A stretch of 51,997 nt of DNA from Octopus bimaculoides (Eukaryota), in NCBI RefSeq assembly GCF_001194135.2, contig NC_068990.1:14462846-14514842 (forward strand). The letters are read 5' to 3'. Made by a program: the position numbers and the translations under genes. The first letter of the stretch is position 1. The number at the start of each line of letters is the position of its first letter. The notes beneath the pieces are model-generated. The model saw only the letters and a list, made by a program, of their open reading frames with translations. It was not told the DNA's origin and did not search any database. Below are positions 25,699 through 38,724 of this stretch, piece after piece.

Positions 25699-28340
25699 CG
25701 TACGCATGTGTTTGTGAGTATGTGAGCATGCTTTAGAAACAAAAAAGATTTTCAGTTTCATATCCTGGTTGAGTATAATATGACTATTTCACATAAAATA
25801 ACTTTGTTCAGATATCAGTTCAAAGTCTTTTGCTCTCCCTATAAGTATTCTTGGGGATCGATTCCTTCACTTTTCTCTCTCTCTTTCCAACTCAAAGAAA
25901 GTGAGATACAAGGGAAGATTTGGTTGCTATTTCTGTCATGTTATGCGATAATGTAGTAGATCACCTCATTAGCTCAGGTTTGCCTGTTCTATAATCTACT
26001 TCAATGGTTTCCCACTATTAAGAATCTTAGTGAAAGAAATAGTTTTGCAGGTGATATCAGCAAAATTTTCAGTCATATCTGACAAAGAAACATCCTTGCT
26101 CCATTATCTACTGTTGGTTTTTAATCTGTATTCCTGCCTTTTGGAGCAGATATTGCATTTTTAGAATACTCCATTGCAATGTATGCCAAGACTCCATGCC
26201 TTCCTAGATTCTGCTATATAGCAAAGTCTGGTTATGTGTTCCATATTCTTTCACCCTTAAATATATAAGGGAGCCGTTAACAATTCAAACACCTATGTAG
26301 ATAACACAACCCTTACCAGATCCTTAACATTCTACAGGAATCATCCACACACAAGCACTGCTTGCAAAAAGTTTGTATGAATAGAGAGCTCAAGAATCTT
26401 CTTCACTAGAGACACGACAATAAAGTTTTGGTCAACATTACAAAAACCCAGTCACAAACACATATCAAGGAAACATTTTGTCCTTCACTCCACAAAAGAA
26501 CAAAAATTGCCCCCAATTCTAAAACACTATCTCTCACCATTTCCAGTAACCTTTTTTGATAACAGCACATAACATAATATTGCAAGCACTGAATTTCAAT
26601 GACTAAGATTCCTTCTCAGGGCCACAAAATACTTCAGTCCTGTTCAGGTGTCATGTAATTCACCTATGTACCTTGCCTGGGATTGAATTCAGAACCTTTA
26701 GGTGACTGCACTACATTTAGTAAATGCTTTTATCCACAATGCTATGCCTGTAGGCAGGGACAGAGTTATTTTAAAGCTTATAAATTTCCATTGATGTCTT
26801 ATATCAGCTCCATATTAATTGGATAATACAATTCTATATTACTGAGATGAGATACTTATTATGTACATTGCTTATTATGTAAGCAGAGTACATAATAAAT
26901 TCCTCATCTCAGAGATATAGAATTGTAATACATACTCATCAACACATTACAATCATTCACAGACATGATATCTCCTCTCTCTGTTTCTGGTATTGCTACT
27001 ACAGCAGTTTATACCTTTGCTGACCTCCTGTGCCTACACCCTCCATAAACATCTGTCTTTCTTTCTCTCATCACTCTGATTATGTTGTTTTCACCTGCAC
27101 AGCACATGTTTCTGAGTTTTCTTACTACATAACCTCAACTCATGCAAACTTCCTCTCTGCCTGCAACAGACAAAACAGGCATTCTAAACAATACATTCCA
27201 CATTGCATAGATACATTTAACTGCATCAATTTCAACAGTAATACCAGCTCTCATGTTTTGACAAAATTGTAAGATCAAAATCTCCTTGTTTGAGATTTCA
27301 AATCATTTGTATGTCATTCAGTTTGCTTCTAGAAAAATAAAACACTTTGTCCTACACATCTCAACTTACCGTTCTGTTAGGAAGTGATAACTGAAAAGCA
27401 GGTAATCTAGTAATATGGCCTGTAACAGGTTGACATCTTATACAAAGAGAGATTTATCTATCATCATGCAAAGACATTAGAGTAATGACAGTTCTGTTTT
27501 ATTTTTAGGTCTTTACATAAATGTCTGATTATAACAGGACAAAGTTCAGTAAAAAAAAATATTGAGGAAACCCAATGAAGGAAACCTGTGAAAAATTGCA
27601 CCCAGATATTCTTCAAATCACACAGTGCCATATATAAAACAATAAGAGGAGATATTTAATTTTTAAATAAAATAAGCGTTTAATGGTTAAATAAAAAATT
27701 GGAACAAATTTCATCAAAGGTCTTCGCAGTAAGAACTGACTTGATGTTAGACAACAACAAAATATTGATTTCAAATTTTGGCACAAAGCCAGCAATTTGG
27801 GGGGTGGGGGGTTAAGTCAATTAGATCGACCCCAGGATTCAACTGATATTAGTTTTATCGAATCCAAAAGGATGACAGGCAAAGTCAACCTCAGCAGCAT
27901 TTGAACTCAGAACTAAAGGTGGATGGAATCTTCTAAGCATTTTGCCCAGCATGGTAACCATTCTGCTAGCTCACCACCTTAAATAGCAACAAAATATTAA
28001 GCAATCTCGGTTTAAGAGAGTATTCAGAGGTTCTTGACAGAAGCAATAACTTCCTGAAAATAGCTGCCAACTATTTTCAATAAAAAGATGTCTGATGATC
28101 AACTATAAATGGACCTATCATAATATGGATGACCACAACAACAATGTGGTCAAACAGTATGGTACATTAAGGACAGATTTACCAAGTTTTTATGTCATCA
28201 CAGCTTAATTTGTTTGCAATAATTAGAACTGTCAGACATTTTCAGACATCAGTAAGACCTATATTATGTTAACAATATTCCAATTTCTGCCTACAAGATT
28301 AATGTGTCTTTTCATTTATTATATCTACATAAGTGTAAAG

Positions 28341-28643
28341 ACATTCAAGCGAGATCGTTGCCAGTGCCGCTGGACTGGCTCCTGTGCAGGTGACTCGTAA
28401 AATACACCATTTTGAGCATGGCCGTTGCCAGTACTGCCTGACTGGCCTTCGTGCCGGTGGCACGTAAAAGCACCCACTACACTCTCTGAGTGGTTGGCGT
28501 TAGGAAGGGCATCCAGCTGTAGAAACACTGCCAAATCAGATTGGAGCCTGGTGCAGCCATCTGGCTCACCAGTCCTCAGTCAAATTGTCCAACCCATGCT
28601 AGCATGGAAAGCGGACGTTAAACAATGATGATGATGATGATGA
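28341..28643 (+). mobile_element. RTE-LINE 3' UTR copy
   Basis: Family sequence ending in (GAT)n. Confidence 0.8.
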
Positions 28644-28987
28644 ATTCTTTATAGTAACAAACTTAATTAGTAAATATGTTAATTATAAAAATAGTCATAT
28701 GCAAATGTTACCGTTGCAAACATCCAATAGAAGATGAACTAATGAGGGAGCTACTATGTGGTTACTTAACCTACTAATAAGATTAACAAAATTTCTTCAA
28801 ATCACATCCAATTCTCTTTAATAAAACAAAGGAGGACTCATATTTTACAATGTCCTAGACATAAAAAAACAAGACAGGAGATCACAGCTGCAACGTCTTT
28901 AATCATAGGTCTGCTAACCTGAGGCTAAACAATTAGATTCAGTCGAAGAAAATAACCAAGATATGAATAAAGGAGAAGACAGCTTAC

Positions 28988-29032
28988 GTGATGTAGTAGG
29001 AGTGGTAGCTGTAACAATGGGTGTGGTGAATT
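28988..29032 (-). CDS. Short PTS linker exon (E)FTTPIVTATTPTTS
   Basis: Acceptor ttcttttttccag|AA, donor TCAC|gtaagc; 45 nt, phase 1-1. Confidence 0.75.
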
Positions 29033-29481
29033 CTGGAAAAAAGAATATTTGAAATAATTCATGGAGTGCACACAGACACACATAAAATATATACACATAC
29101 ACTCACACACAGACATAAATATATATACACACACTCACACACAAGTATATATACATACACTCACATATAAATATATATATAAACACAAACACACACCTAC
29201 ACATATATAAATACACACATGCACACACTACACACAATGGGCTTCTTTCAGTTTCTATGAACCAAATTCACTCACAGGGCATTGATTAGCCTGGAGCTAT
29301 AATAGAGGGAACTTGACCAAGGTGCCATGCAATGGAACTGAAGGGGCTGAACTCAAAAGTGTGTGGTTGCAAATCAATCTCTTTAACCATGAGCCATTTG
29401 AGCCCCTATTTACAAATTTTGAAAGCTTGAGAATGAAAACAAACGAACACATTATTGATATTCAAAACTTAAAACATTTAC

Positions 29482-29919
29482 CTGGTGTAAAGCATCCAAG
29501 TATAGAAACTTTGACATCAAATTCTTCGGGGTAGACATCAATGTCCAAAGGTTTCGCTGATTCCAATAGAATACGAATTTCTGTGACATTTAAAAGTTCA
29601 TTTGTCTTATAATGTGTTTTTCCATTGATATATGAACCCAATGACTCAAATGCAAAATCATCTGCAAACTTCATCTGTATAATGTAGCTTCTCACGTTTC
29701 CTTTGACAATAATTTCTGAGAGTGGAACACCTTGAGGGTTATTCGTCAATTTGATGGTTATTGATGGTTGTGGTTCCTGATCAGAAGGTACCGGTACTCT
29801 CCAGCCTTCTTTGTCTGGTCGAATATTTACGGCTGTATCCATGTGACTAAGAGGTGTTGCAGTAATATGACGATCTGGGATGTATATTGGGCTTTTCAAA
29901 CCATCAATTAACTCACAAG
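29482..29919 (-). CDS. Exon: divergent discoidin/F5-8 type C-like domain 1 (CELIDGLKSPIYIPDRHIT...KVSILGCFTP)
   Basis: Acceptor atattttgacag|CT, donor CCAG|gtaaat; 438 nt, phase 1-1. N- and C-terminal Cys, IPD..IT, GW, EIRI and SILGC motifs as in FA58C. Paralogous to the exon at 22954-23367. Confidence 0.9.
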
Positions 29920-30744
29920 CTGTCAAAATATTTTTTAAAAAAAGATGTATTTCTTTTTTGCTCTGTTTATGCATTAAATATAGTTTAAAAATTAGGATGC
30001 AAGACAGAGAGAAAATAACAGAAAACATGATAAAAACGAGAAGGTTGATGCAAAAAATGAAACAATAAGAAAGAAACAAAAGCAAAAAAAGCTAAAATCC
30101 CCATCCTCTATGATTGCAGAAGCCACAATTAATACAGCTGGTATACAACAAAATAATAGAAAATATGTCAAAGTCTGCAAGACCGCAACTCAGTCCAGAG
30201 CAGGTGGTGTCCTCGAATTCAACAAAAGAAACCGGTCCATGTGTTTGCACCTGCTAAAAATTTCACATCTGGAATGAAGTTGTGTTTTTGAAATTCTTGG
30301 ATCAAAGAAGAATATGAGATCTTTCTGCTATGCATTTCTTAGTTGTATTTTTAAGATCCATTAAAATATGGCTTAGATTTCTCTGCAATTCTCTATTTGT
30401 GTGTATGTAGTGTGGAGTTGGTCTTCAAATTCCATATATGGCTATCCAACTTAGGTGCATTACTTTTGTCGAAAACAAGATAGGTGGCTTGTATAATGTT
30501 TTCTGAAACTGCCTTTGCATAAACTGATGTACTTCTTTTCAATTAAGTTATCTTGAAGCTTTGTTGTTACTTCTGCCTCATATATGACAAAGTTTATCAT
30601 ACATGTCTAGTTAAGTGGGCAAGCTTCTGGGTCATGGCAGTTACATTTTTTTGCTGATTCTATCTTGGACCTATAAACTCTCTCTCTTTCTCTAGCTATC
30701 TATCTATCTATCTATCTATCTATATCTCTCTCTCTCTCTATCTA

Positions 30745-30789
<45 letters not shown>

Positions 30790-31092
30790 TTAAAGAAAAT
30801 GGAAAATGGAGAAATATTGATGAACAACAATTGACTTACATCAATTATTATTTATTACAAATAATAAAATAGATAATAAATAATAATTGATGTAAGTCAA
30901 TTTGTTGTTCATCAATATTTCTCCATTTTCTGTTTTCTTTAAATTTTGATTCTTGATAAACCCATGTTTATCTTTGTCTTTATCTATAATTTATGAGCAT
31001 TATATTCCCATGGTTAAACATAGGTAATATATCGGTAGTGTAATGGATACTTCTATCCCTTAGATGGTTATTTTAACCTCTAACTCAGCTAA

Positions 31093-31158
<66 letters not shown>

Positions 31159-31658
31159 AAGAATGAGAAAGAATGTACGTAGATGTTAAATATCCTGCAA
31201 AATGATGGTAGTATTAGATTTAGGTTTTATGTCACACCTATAAGTGGATGCAATCACAGGTAATATTGAAGATACATACCTCATATTTGTCCCTACAAAG
31301 TATATTTTATGTTAGTAAGTAGCTTTTTTTTATGCAAATACAGATAGTTTCAGCCCAATGAAAGCAGGTGATACTGGTGATACAACAACAATTGTTGATT
31401 TTGCTGCTCAAATAATACTTAGATATTTTTAATGCAAATGAAAATGTTTAAATAGATAACAATTGAGCAAACAAAACTAAAGGAAGCATCACCACAGAAA
31501 TGTAACTTCCTAGAAATGCATTTATTGGATTCATTCAGCCTTTATAAATACCAAAAAGCATTTTTTTCTTTCTCTTAAATTCACTCGTCCTCAGTATCTA
31601 TTGCAAGAAAATAGAGGAAAAATATTTTTTAAATTCAAGAAATATTGTGATATCTTAC

Positions 31659-31706
31659 GTAATGTTGGTGTTGTTTCAGTTGAAGCTAAAGTTGTCGTCA
31701 TTATTG
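31659..31706 (-). CDS. Short Thr-rich linker exon (T)IMTTTLASTETTPTL
   Basis: Acceptor gtgactttcag|CA, donor TTAC|gtaaga; 48 nt, phase 1-1. Confidence 0.7.
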
Positions 31707-32433
31707 CTGAAAGTCACAAAGTTTTAAATGTGATTAGAATTGGATTTCAATATTTATAGAATTGAAATCAAATTAATAAACATTTTACTTACTAAAGTTA
31801 AATTTTGACTAATTAAAAAACAGTTTAAGGACATAGCATGATAGCTAATTAAACTAATAAATTTGGAGAAGCATTAATATTAAAAACAAAAATTAATATT
31901 CTTGTACACCTCTATGTTTAAATATTTTTGAACACTTAAAAAAATAATAAATATACACATACAAGTTTTAAAGTTTTAATTCAAAGCAAGATACTTTTTA
32001 AAATAGACTGAGTTACATTTGTTGGAATTGTTAAATATGAATTATATAACAAATACATTGGAATTTATTATTAATTTTGTATAATATCATTTCCTTAGAT
32101 AAATGTTTAAGGTATGTTATTGTCAAAATGTCTTAATATCATTCCTTCTAATACCAAAATTAAATTTATCACATGGCGATACGGTTTATAATATGAATAA
32201 ATATTCTAAGTACATTATATAATCTTATATAATCATTTGACAGCAGTCATGCTTTAGCCAAACAAATCAACTCCAGGACTTATATTTTATTAAAGCTTGA
32301 TACTTATTTACCAGTCTGTTTTGCTGAACTGCTAAGATGTAAGCACACCAAGATCGGTTGATGAGTGGTGATGAGGAAGAAACACAGACTGAAACACACA
32401 CATACACACACACACACACACACCACATATATA

Positions 32434-33295
32434 CAGGGTGCGATGGGTAAATTGTCACCACTTTATATTTTTAATTTTGTGCATGTACATTGTTTGTTCT
32501 TGATTTTGTCAACTACACGATGTAGGGTCAGTTGGGCACCATCTGTGAGAAAAACAACACTATGACGCAATTCACTCTGCCAGAAACTTGGAAACGACAT
32601 ATTGTACTATTTGGCATTTACACCAGAACCTCCAATATGAACATTTCAGAGTGTTTGGGTGTCAATCTGAGTACAGTGCAATCTGAAGACATGTACCAAG
32701 AATGATAAAAATCAAACATCCAGTCAACATCATGGGGTTTGGAGTGTCACTTGTGATGGTGATGTTATGCCTCCATTCATCTTCCCACACAACCTCAGAC
32801 TCAACACAGAGGTCTACATCAAGTACCTGGAGGAAATAGTGCTGCCATGGGTCAAGTGGATGGCTGCTGGTAGACCCTGTGTCTGGTAAAAGGACTCAGC
32901 ACCATGCCACACAAGCAGGAGAACCCAGTCATGGCTGTCAGACAATTTCTGCAACCACATCACCCTTCATATATGGCCACCTAACTCCCCAGACTGCAAC
33001 CCCCTTGATTATTATATGTGGGGCACAGTTGAGTGAGAGACCAACAAAACTCCTTGTAACACCAAAGATGAACTAAAGGCAAGAATTATGGCAACATTCA
33101 CTAACTTAAACAAGGAGACCATCCGAAGTCATCTGGAGGCTATGGTTGAAGTCAATGGCGATTTTATTGAATAAATTTACTCTTTAGTATTTCAAGATAT
33201 TTTTATGTAATTTTGGTAAATTTATCTACTAAAATGAGATGTCAGTGTTATTTTCATTTTTGAGTAATTTAGACAATAGTTTATTCACTGCACTC
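32434..33295 (+). mobile_element. Decayed Tc1/mariner DD37D (maT-like) transposon
   Basis: ta|cagggtg left end. From about 32750: CDGDVMPPFIFPHNLRLNTEVYIKYLEE...W*KDSAPCHTSRRTQSWL...WPPNSPDCNPLDYYMWG, with 37 residues between the 2nd and 3rd Asp. In-frame stops; right TIR degenerate. Confidence 0.85.
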
Positions 33296-33310
33296 TCTCT
33301 CTCTCTCTCT

Positions 33311-33383
<73 letters not shown>

Positions 33384-34337
33384 AACAACAGGCTTCTTTC
33401 AGTTTCCATCTACCAAAATCCACTCATAAGACTTTGATCAGCTATATTAGAAGACACTTGCCCAAGGTACCATCCAGTGGGACTGACCCTGTAACCATGT
33501 AGTTGGGAGTATATGTATAATTTTATCAATATTTAGCAGAAGCAAGAGAGTGACTCAAGGGCCAAGAGATTCATGTGTCAATAAGTTTCATGTGTTTGAT
33601 AAGTGTCAATGTACAAAACTCTCAGCCGTTGAGTCACTCTGTATACACACACACACGCACATATAGATCAACAAAATTTTATGCAGTGTTTTGTTGAATT
33701 CCTTTGCATTCTGCTTTTAAATCCAGCCAATGTCAACTTTTATTCTTCCTGACAAACATAAGATGAATGCCAGACAATGAAATACCTAAATATCTGAGAT
33801 TAGTGGTTAATAATACGATTATAATTTACAGTTACATGACAATTTGGTTAGTTTGATCTCTGGTCATTATATGTCATCAGAAATAAGATACAACACGAAA
33901 TGAAAATCCAAGATCAGTCTTATTGAAATGTTGTGTATGAGTAAATAGGTAAAAATAGATCATTTCAAGACAAGAATAACAGCATATGTATATATTTATC
34001 ATGTGTATCCCCAGTTAGAAGTCAATATTATATAATTCTGGTTTCAAATTTTGGCAGCAATTTTAGGGAAGGAGAAAGACTATTACATTGGTACCAGTGA
34101 TCAATTGGTACTTATTCTAATGACTCTAAAATGATGGAAAGTAAAGTCAATCTTGATAGAATTTGAATTCAAAACCTAATGAACTAGAAGAAATGCCACA
34201 AAGCATTTTGTCCAATGGAGTACCAAATCTACCAGCTCAATGTCTTTTAATATAATATAACATTAGAAGTTTTATCCGTACTAAAGAGGGATGTTTACGT
34301 TCATTGATATTAAAATTTGAAAACAGCATTAACTCAC

Positions 34338-34481
34338 TTGTACAGTGCGGAGGTTTACTAATACAAGCACCATTCTGGAATGTATATCCTTCTTTACAAC
34401 TACAGGCCTTGTTACAGTCCAAAGATACAGAGCAGTCACTGTCACAAGTTTCCAAGTCACAGTAACACTTGCTAGGACATT
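34338..34481 (-). CDS. Exon: second TIL-like domain, (E)CPSKCYCDLETCDSDCSVSLDCNKACSCKEGYTFQNGACISKPPHCT
   Basis: Acceptor atgcttttcag|AA, donor ACAA|gtgagt; 144 nt, phase 1-1. C-x-C-x-EGY-x-F-x-NG-x-CI motif. Confidence 0.88.
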
Positions 34482-34552
34482 CTGAAAAGCATATGAATTC
34501 ACAAATTAGATTTAGATTATATAAAACACATACAAGAAAATAGGATACACAA

Positions 34553-34554
<2 letters not shown>

Positions 34555-34633
<79 letters not shown>

Positions 34634-34882
34634 NNNNNNNNNNNNNNNNNNNNNNNNNNNNNNNNNNNNNNNNNNNNNNNNNNNNNNNNNNNNNNNNNNN
34701 NNNNNNNNNNNNNNNNNNNNNNNNNNNNNNNNNCAGAGACAGACAGGCAGAGACAGACAGGCAGAGACAGACAGGCAGAGACAGACAGGCAGAGACAGAC
34801 AGGCAGAGACAGACAGACAGAGACAGACAGGCAGAGACAGACAGGCAGAGACAGACAGGCAGAGACAGACAGGCAGAGACAG
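34555..34882 (+). repeat. (GA)n microsatellite, gap, then 14-bp repeat cagagacagacagg
   Basis: Direct reading. Confidence 0.85.
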
Positions 34883-35629
34883 AGTTGGGGTAATAAGACA
34901 GTTCAGTGAATAAGATATTACATTGTCTACTTATGAGTCTTGGCAGTTCTACAGGTTCCTTTTACTATCATTTAATCAAGATTAAGAGCAGTGCCCATGA
35001 CCCTTTTCAGAGCCTTTGAGATTGATGGGAAGTATCCTCATACAGGAGTCTTTGCCCAAGTATTTGCAACAAAGTGGACTCTTCAAAAAGCACCCAAGGT
35101 ATCAGGTGATGTTGTAATGGATTAAGTCTGCTCTAGCTGGTCGTTCATTGCTTTTTGCAAGCAGAAAAAAAACATAACAGTTTGTATTAGTATGTTTTAA
35201 AAGACACTAAAAACCAACTGGGAAATATGTAACCTTTTGCCAATAGATATCTCAAAGAGGTATAGTTAGTTTCTATAAACATTGACAGCAGTGTAAAATT
35301 ATTGAACGTCTTCTAATATGTTCAAATTTCCTTAGAGTGCCCTATGTAAATTTCCTCAGGAAGAAAATGAAACAATGAGCCAGTGTGTCTCCATTACCAT
35401 CACAATATTTTAATGTCCATCCCCCATGCTGACATAGACTGGCCAGTTTGACAGGATCCACTAGATCAGTGGACTGTGCTATATTTCAATGTTTACTTTG
35501 GCATGGTTTCTGCGTATGAGTTCCCTTCTTAATGCCAAGCACTTTACAGAGTGCACTGGATGCTCTTTTCATTGCACCAGCAGTAGTGAGGTTGCTATGT
35601 AACTTGCAAGAATAAGATACCTTCAAGTG

Positions 35630-35760
35630 TGAGAGAGAGAGAGACAAAAGTAGAGAGAGAGAGACAAAAGTAGAGAGAGAGAGACAAAAGTAGAGAGAGA
35701 GAGACAAAAGTAGAGAGAGAGAGACAAAAGTAGAGAGAGAGAGACAAAAGTAGAGAGAAA
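35630..35760 (+). repeat. 20-bp tandem repeat gagagagagagacaaaagta, about x6
   Basis: Direct reading. Confidence 0.85.
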
Positions 35761-35864
35761 TGCAGCTTTATAGTACATGGTGTAAGGTTATAAAGTGTTT
35801 ATAAGAACAAATTGAGAACAGAATTAGTAGAGACACCAATTAAGAAAGGTTTTAAGGCCCTTAC

Positions 35865-35900
35865 CTCCAATTGTTGTAGTTAAGGGAAATTCAGTTGAAG
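35865..35900 (-). CDS. Short Thr-rich linker exon (A)STEFPLTTTIG
   Basis: Acceptor ttttcatttttgcag|CT, donor GGAG|gtaagg; 36 nt, phase 1-1. Confidence 0.7.
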
Positions 35901-35998
35901 CTGCAAAAATGAAAACATAATTCAGTTTATAAAAGAATGTATAAAATAATTACCACCAATTAGTATGTATGTATCTCCCCATCTATCTACCTGTCTAT

Positions 35999-36029
<31 letters not shown>

Positions 36030-37780
36030 TATGCACACTCACACACAATCAGGAACAAGCATGGTTACATAGATACAAAATTTGTTTCATAACCATATAG
36101 TACTGAGTTCTATCTCATCGTGTCAAGTGTTTTCTACTGTAGCCTGGATCGCAAATAGAATTAGGGAACTGATTGACAGAAGCTATATAGAAGCCTGTAG
36201 TGCATATACATGTGCACACACACATAGACACAGAGGTAACATGATATTTTATTTATAAGTATTCATCTAACTCATGCTAGGGTGGAAAAACAGACATAAA
36301 ATGAAGAATGAATGAACAAACAAATGAATACATTCATGAATAGTATAAGAAAAGAAACAGGCAAGCGAATAACAAGATAAATCCTCAAAGGAAGAACTCC
36401 TGTCAAGCAAATATTTCAGCCTGTTAGTTGCTGACATTCCAAGAAAACAAGGCCTTAAGAGTTATAACTTCTAGGTGTCCTCCAGCAGTTTTTGAAATGT
36501 CACCTTTAGTAGGGACTGAACAAAGAACCTTCAGGTGGTCTTACATCCCCGAACAGTGATGTAAATCACCTAGTCACAAAGGCCACTGCAAGAACTTGCA
36601 TTGTGAATCTTTCAAACTGGTTTTCCTTCCAGCTATGTTTAGCAGCTTGCAGCATTCCTTTCCAGCTTAGGCAATAATTTCCCTTTGCTCATGGCCACAT
36701 TGAGCTCTTCTCAGCTGTCTCAGGCAGGTGTTTCATCATAGCTGTTCTTTTGAAAGAACAGCAACGATGAATGCAACATAACATAGAATATACATAAAAC
36801 AAGTGAAATCGCAATTGTCTTGAGAAGAAGACCCATCAAGCCAAGCAAAATCGTAATTGTGACAGATACTGATGTCACACAAATGGCACCCATGTTGGTG
36901 GCATGTAAAAGCACCCCATTAAACTCTTGGAGTGATTGGTGTTAAGGAGGGCATCTAGCCAAAGAAATCATACCAAATCAGCCCTGGTCAAACTGTTCAA
37001 CTCATGCCAGCATGGACAATGGATGTTAAATGGTGATGGTGATGATTATGATAAAATATAAGACATCATGAATCTAACTAACTAATTAACTAGTACTCCG
37101 TCAATTATGATGATGAGAGTTCCAGTTGATCCAATTAACGGAAGAGCTTGCTCATAAAATTAACATGCAAGTGGCTGATCACTCCACAGACACATATAAC
37201 CTTAACGTTGTTCTTAGGAAGAAGGTTCAGCATGTGACAAGGCTGACTCTTTGAAACACAGTTAATTACTCATTTCTACAGCTGAGTGGACTGGAGCAAC
37301 GTGAAATAAAGTGTCTTGCTAAAGGACACAACACACTACCAGGAATTGAGCCCATGATCTTATGATCCTCAACTAAATACCCTAACCACTAAGTCATGTC
37401 CCTTCACAATTGCTTGTATATAGAAAACCCTGAAAGGTAAGTTTTATGAAACCATACAGTACTCCTGTCACTCTAATCAGGGCCAACCCTAGGGTTGCTA
37501 GTGCCCTGGGTAAGCTGAACTTCAGCATGTACAAGCTGACAATTATGGAAATTTCCTTGTCTTTGTCATGCCCTCCTTGGCACCCCCTAGCACATGGCAC
37601 CCTGGGCGACTGCCCAAGTTGTCGGTACCTTGAGCCAGCCCTGAACTAATTAACTGTCATCTAAAGTAGATTACAAAGTACTTTAAAAATTTAAATAATT
37701 ACTTAATTGCTAAATACCTCAGAGACAAATTTCATTAAAACCAAGCTAAATTAAATTAATTGTACAAAAATACTATACTA

Positions 37781-38150
37781 CAGGGTGTCCACAAAGTCTG
37801 GGTACATGGGGATTAACACATACTTTTAAAACAAAACAAATTTATTTAATTATAATGTTAATAAATAATATTTTCAAAATGATTTCCATCATTTTCAATG
37901 CATAACTTGATGCACCTTGCAAAATTGAGGTGAACTCGATTAGATAAGTCTACATTGCCATCAATATCAGCACACTGACTGGTAATGCGTTCTCTCATGG
38001 GGCTTAAATCTGTAATCTTTATTGAGTAAATTTTCTCTTTCAACAAACCCCAGAAAAAGAAGTCAAGGGGACTCTATATTATTTCTTATATTTAATTGTT
38101 TATGTTATGATTTTATTTACTCCATGTACCCAGACTTTTTGGACACCCTG
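37781..38150 (-). mobile_element. 370-bp non-autonomous Tc1/mariner deletion derivative
   Basis: 29-bp TIRs cagggtgtcca(c/a)aaagtctgggtacatgg (1 mismatch) and TA target duplication on both sides. Internal transposase C-terminal remnant SPLDFFFWGLLKEKIY...ENDGNHFENII. Confidence 0.9.
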
Positions 38151-38227
38151 TAGATTATATTTTTCAAAGTGCCTGACTTAAAAGATAACTCAAAATTCAA
38201 AACTATTACAAATCAAATGAAACAAAC

Positions 38228-38285
38228 CTGTAACAAGGGTACATGTTTCACAGCATTCACCTTCAGTTTTTTGAAGAATAAAACC
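38228..38285 (-). CDS. Exon: VWC C-terminus, GFILQKTEGECCETCTLVT
   Basis: Acceptor aataatttag|GGT, donor ACAG|gtttgt; 58 nt, phase 0-1. GECC-x2-C motif completes the VWC begun in the two previous exons. Confidence 0.85.
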
Positions 38286-38455
38286 CTAAATTATTGAAGA
38301 AATAAGATAGGTACTCAGTTTTAATATCATTTAGATTTAAAGAAAAATATTAGTACACTAACAAAACAATTTGTTTTTCGTCAAGATAGAAGGCCAATGT
38401 TCTTAAAAAGAAAGAATATATTTGGTTGCTTTGATGAAATATATTACAGTAAATT

Positions 38456-38724
38456 TTATTTGCCAACATAATGTGGTAGTCCTGGTTAGGATGAATGTTA
38501 TTGTTATTTAGCCCCAGGAAACATTGTCTCTAGTTGGCTATTGACACACTGTCTGCGTCCTTATATTTTTGAACATGAGCGTTTAGTGCCCCCACTAACT
38601 CCCTTGATGAAAAATGTAAGGACACAGATAGTTTGTCGATAGCCAGCTGGAGACAATATTTCCTGGGGCTAAACAACAATAACATTCGTCCTAACCAGGA
38701 CTGCCACATTATGTTGGCAAATAA
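38456..38724. repeat. Fold-back element (MITE-like): 115-bp inverted arms, 39-bp spacer
   Basis: 38456-38570 versus the reverse complement of 38610-38724: 11 mismatches, no indels. Confidence 0.9.

Noticed and set aside
25900-27300. Possible highly decayed LINE sequence
   Set aside because: No recognisable protein motif could be read in any frame; it needs a repeat-library search.
37478-37643. cagggcc...gccagccctg GC-rich segment resembling a hAT MITE
   Set aside because: The terminal repeats are short and imperfect and there is no clean 8-bp target duplication; insufficient support.
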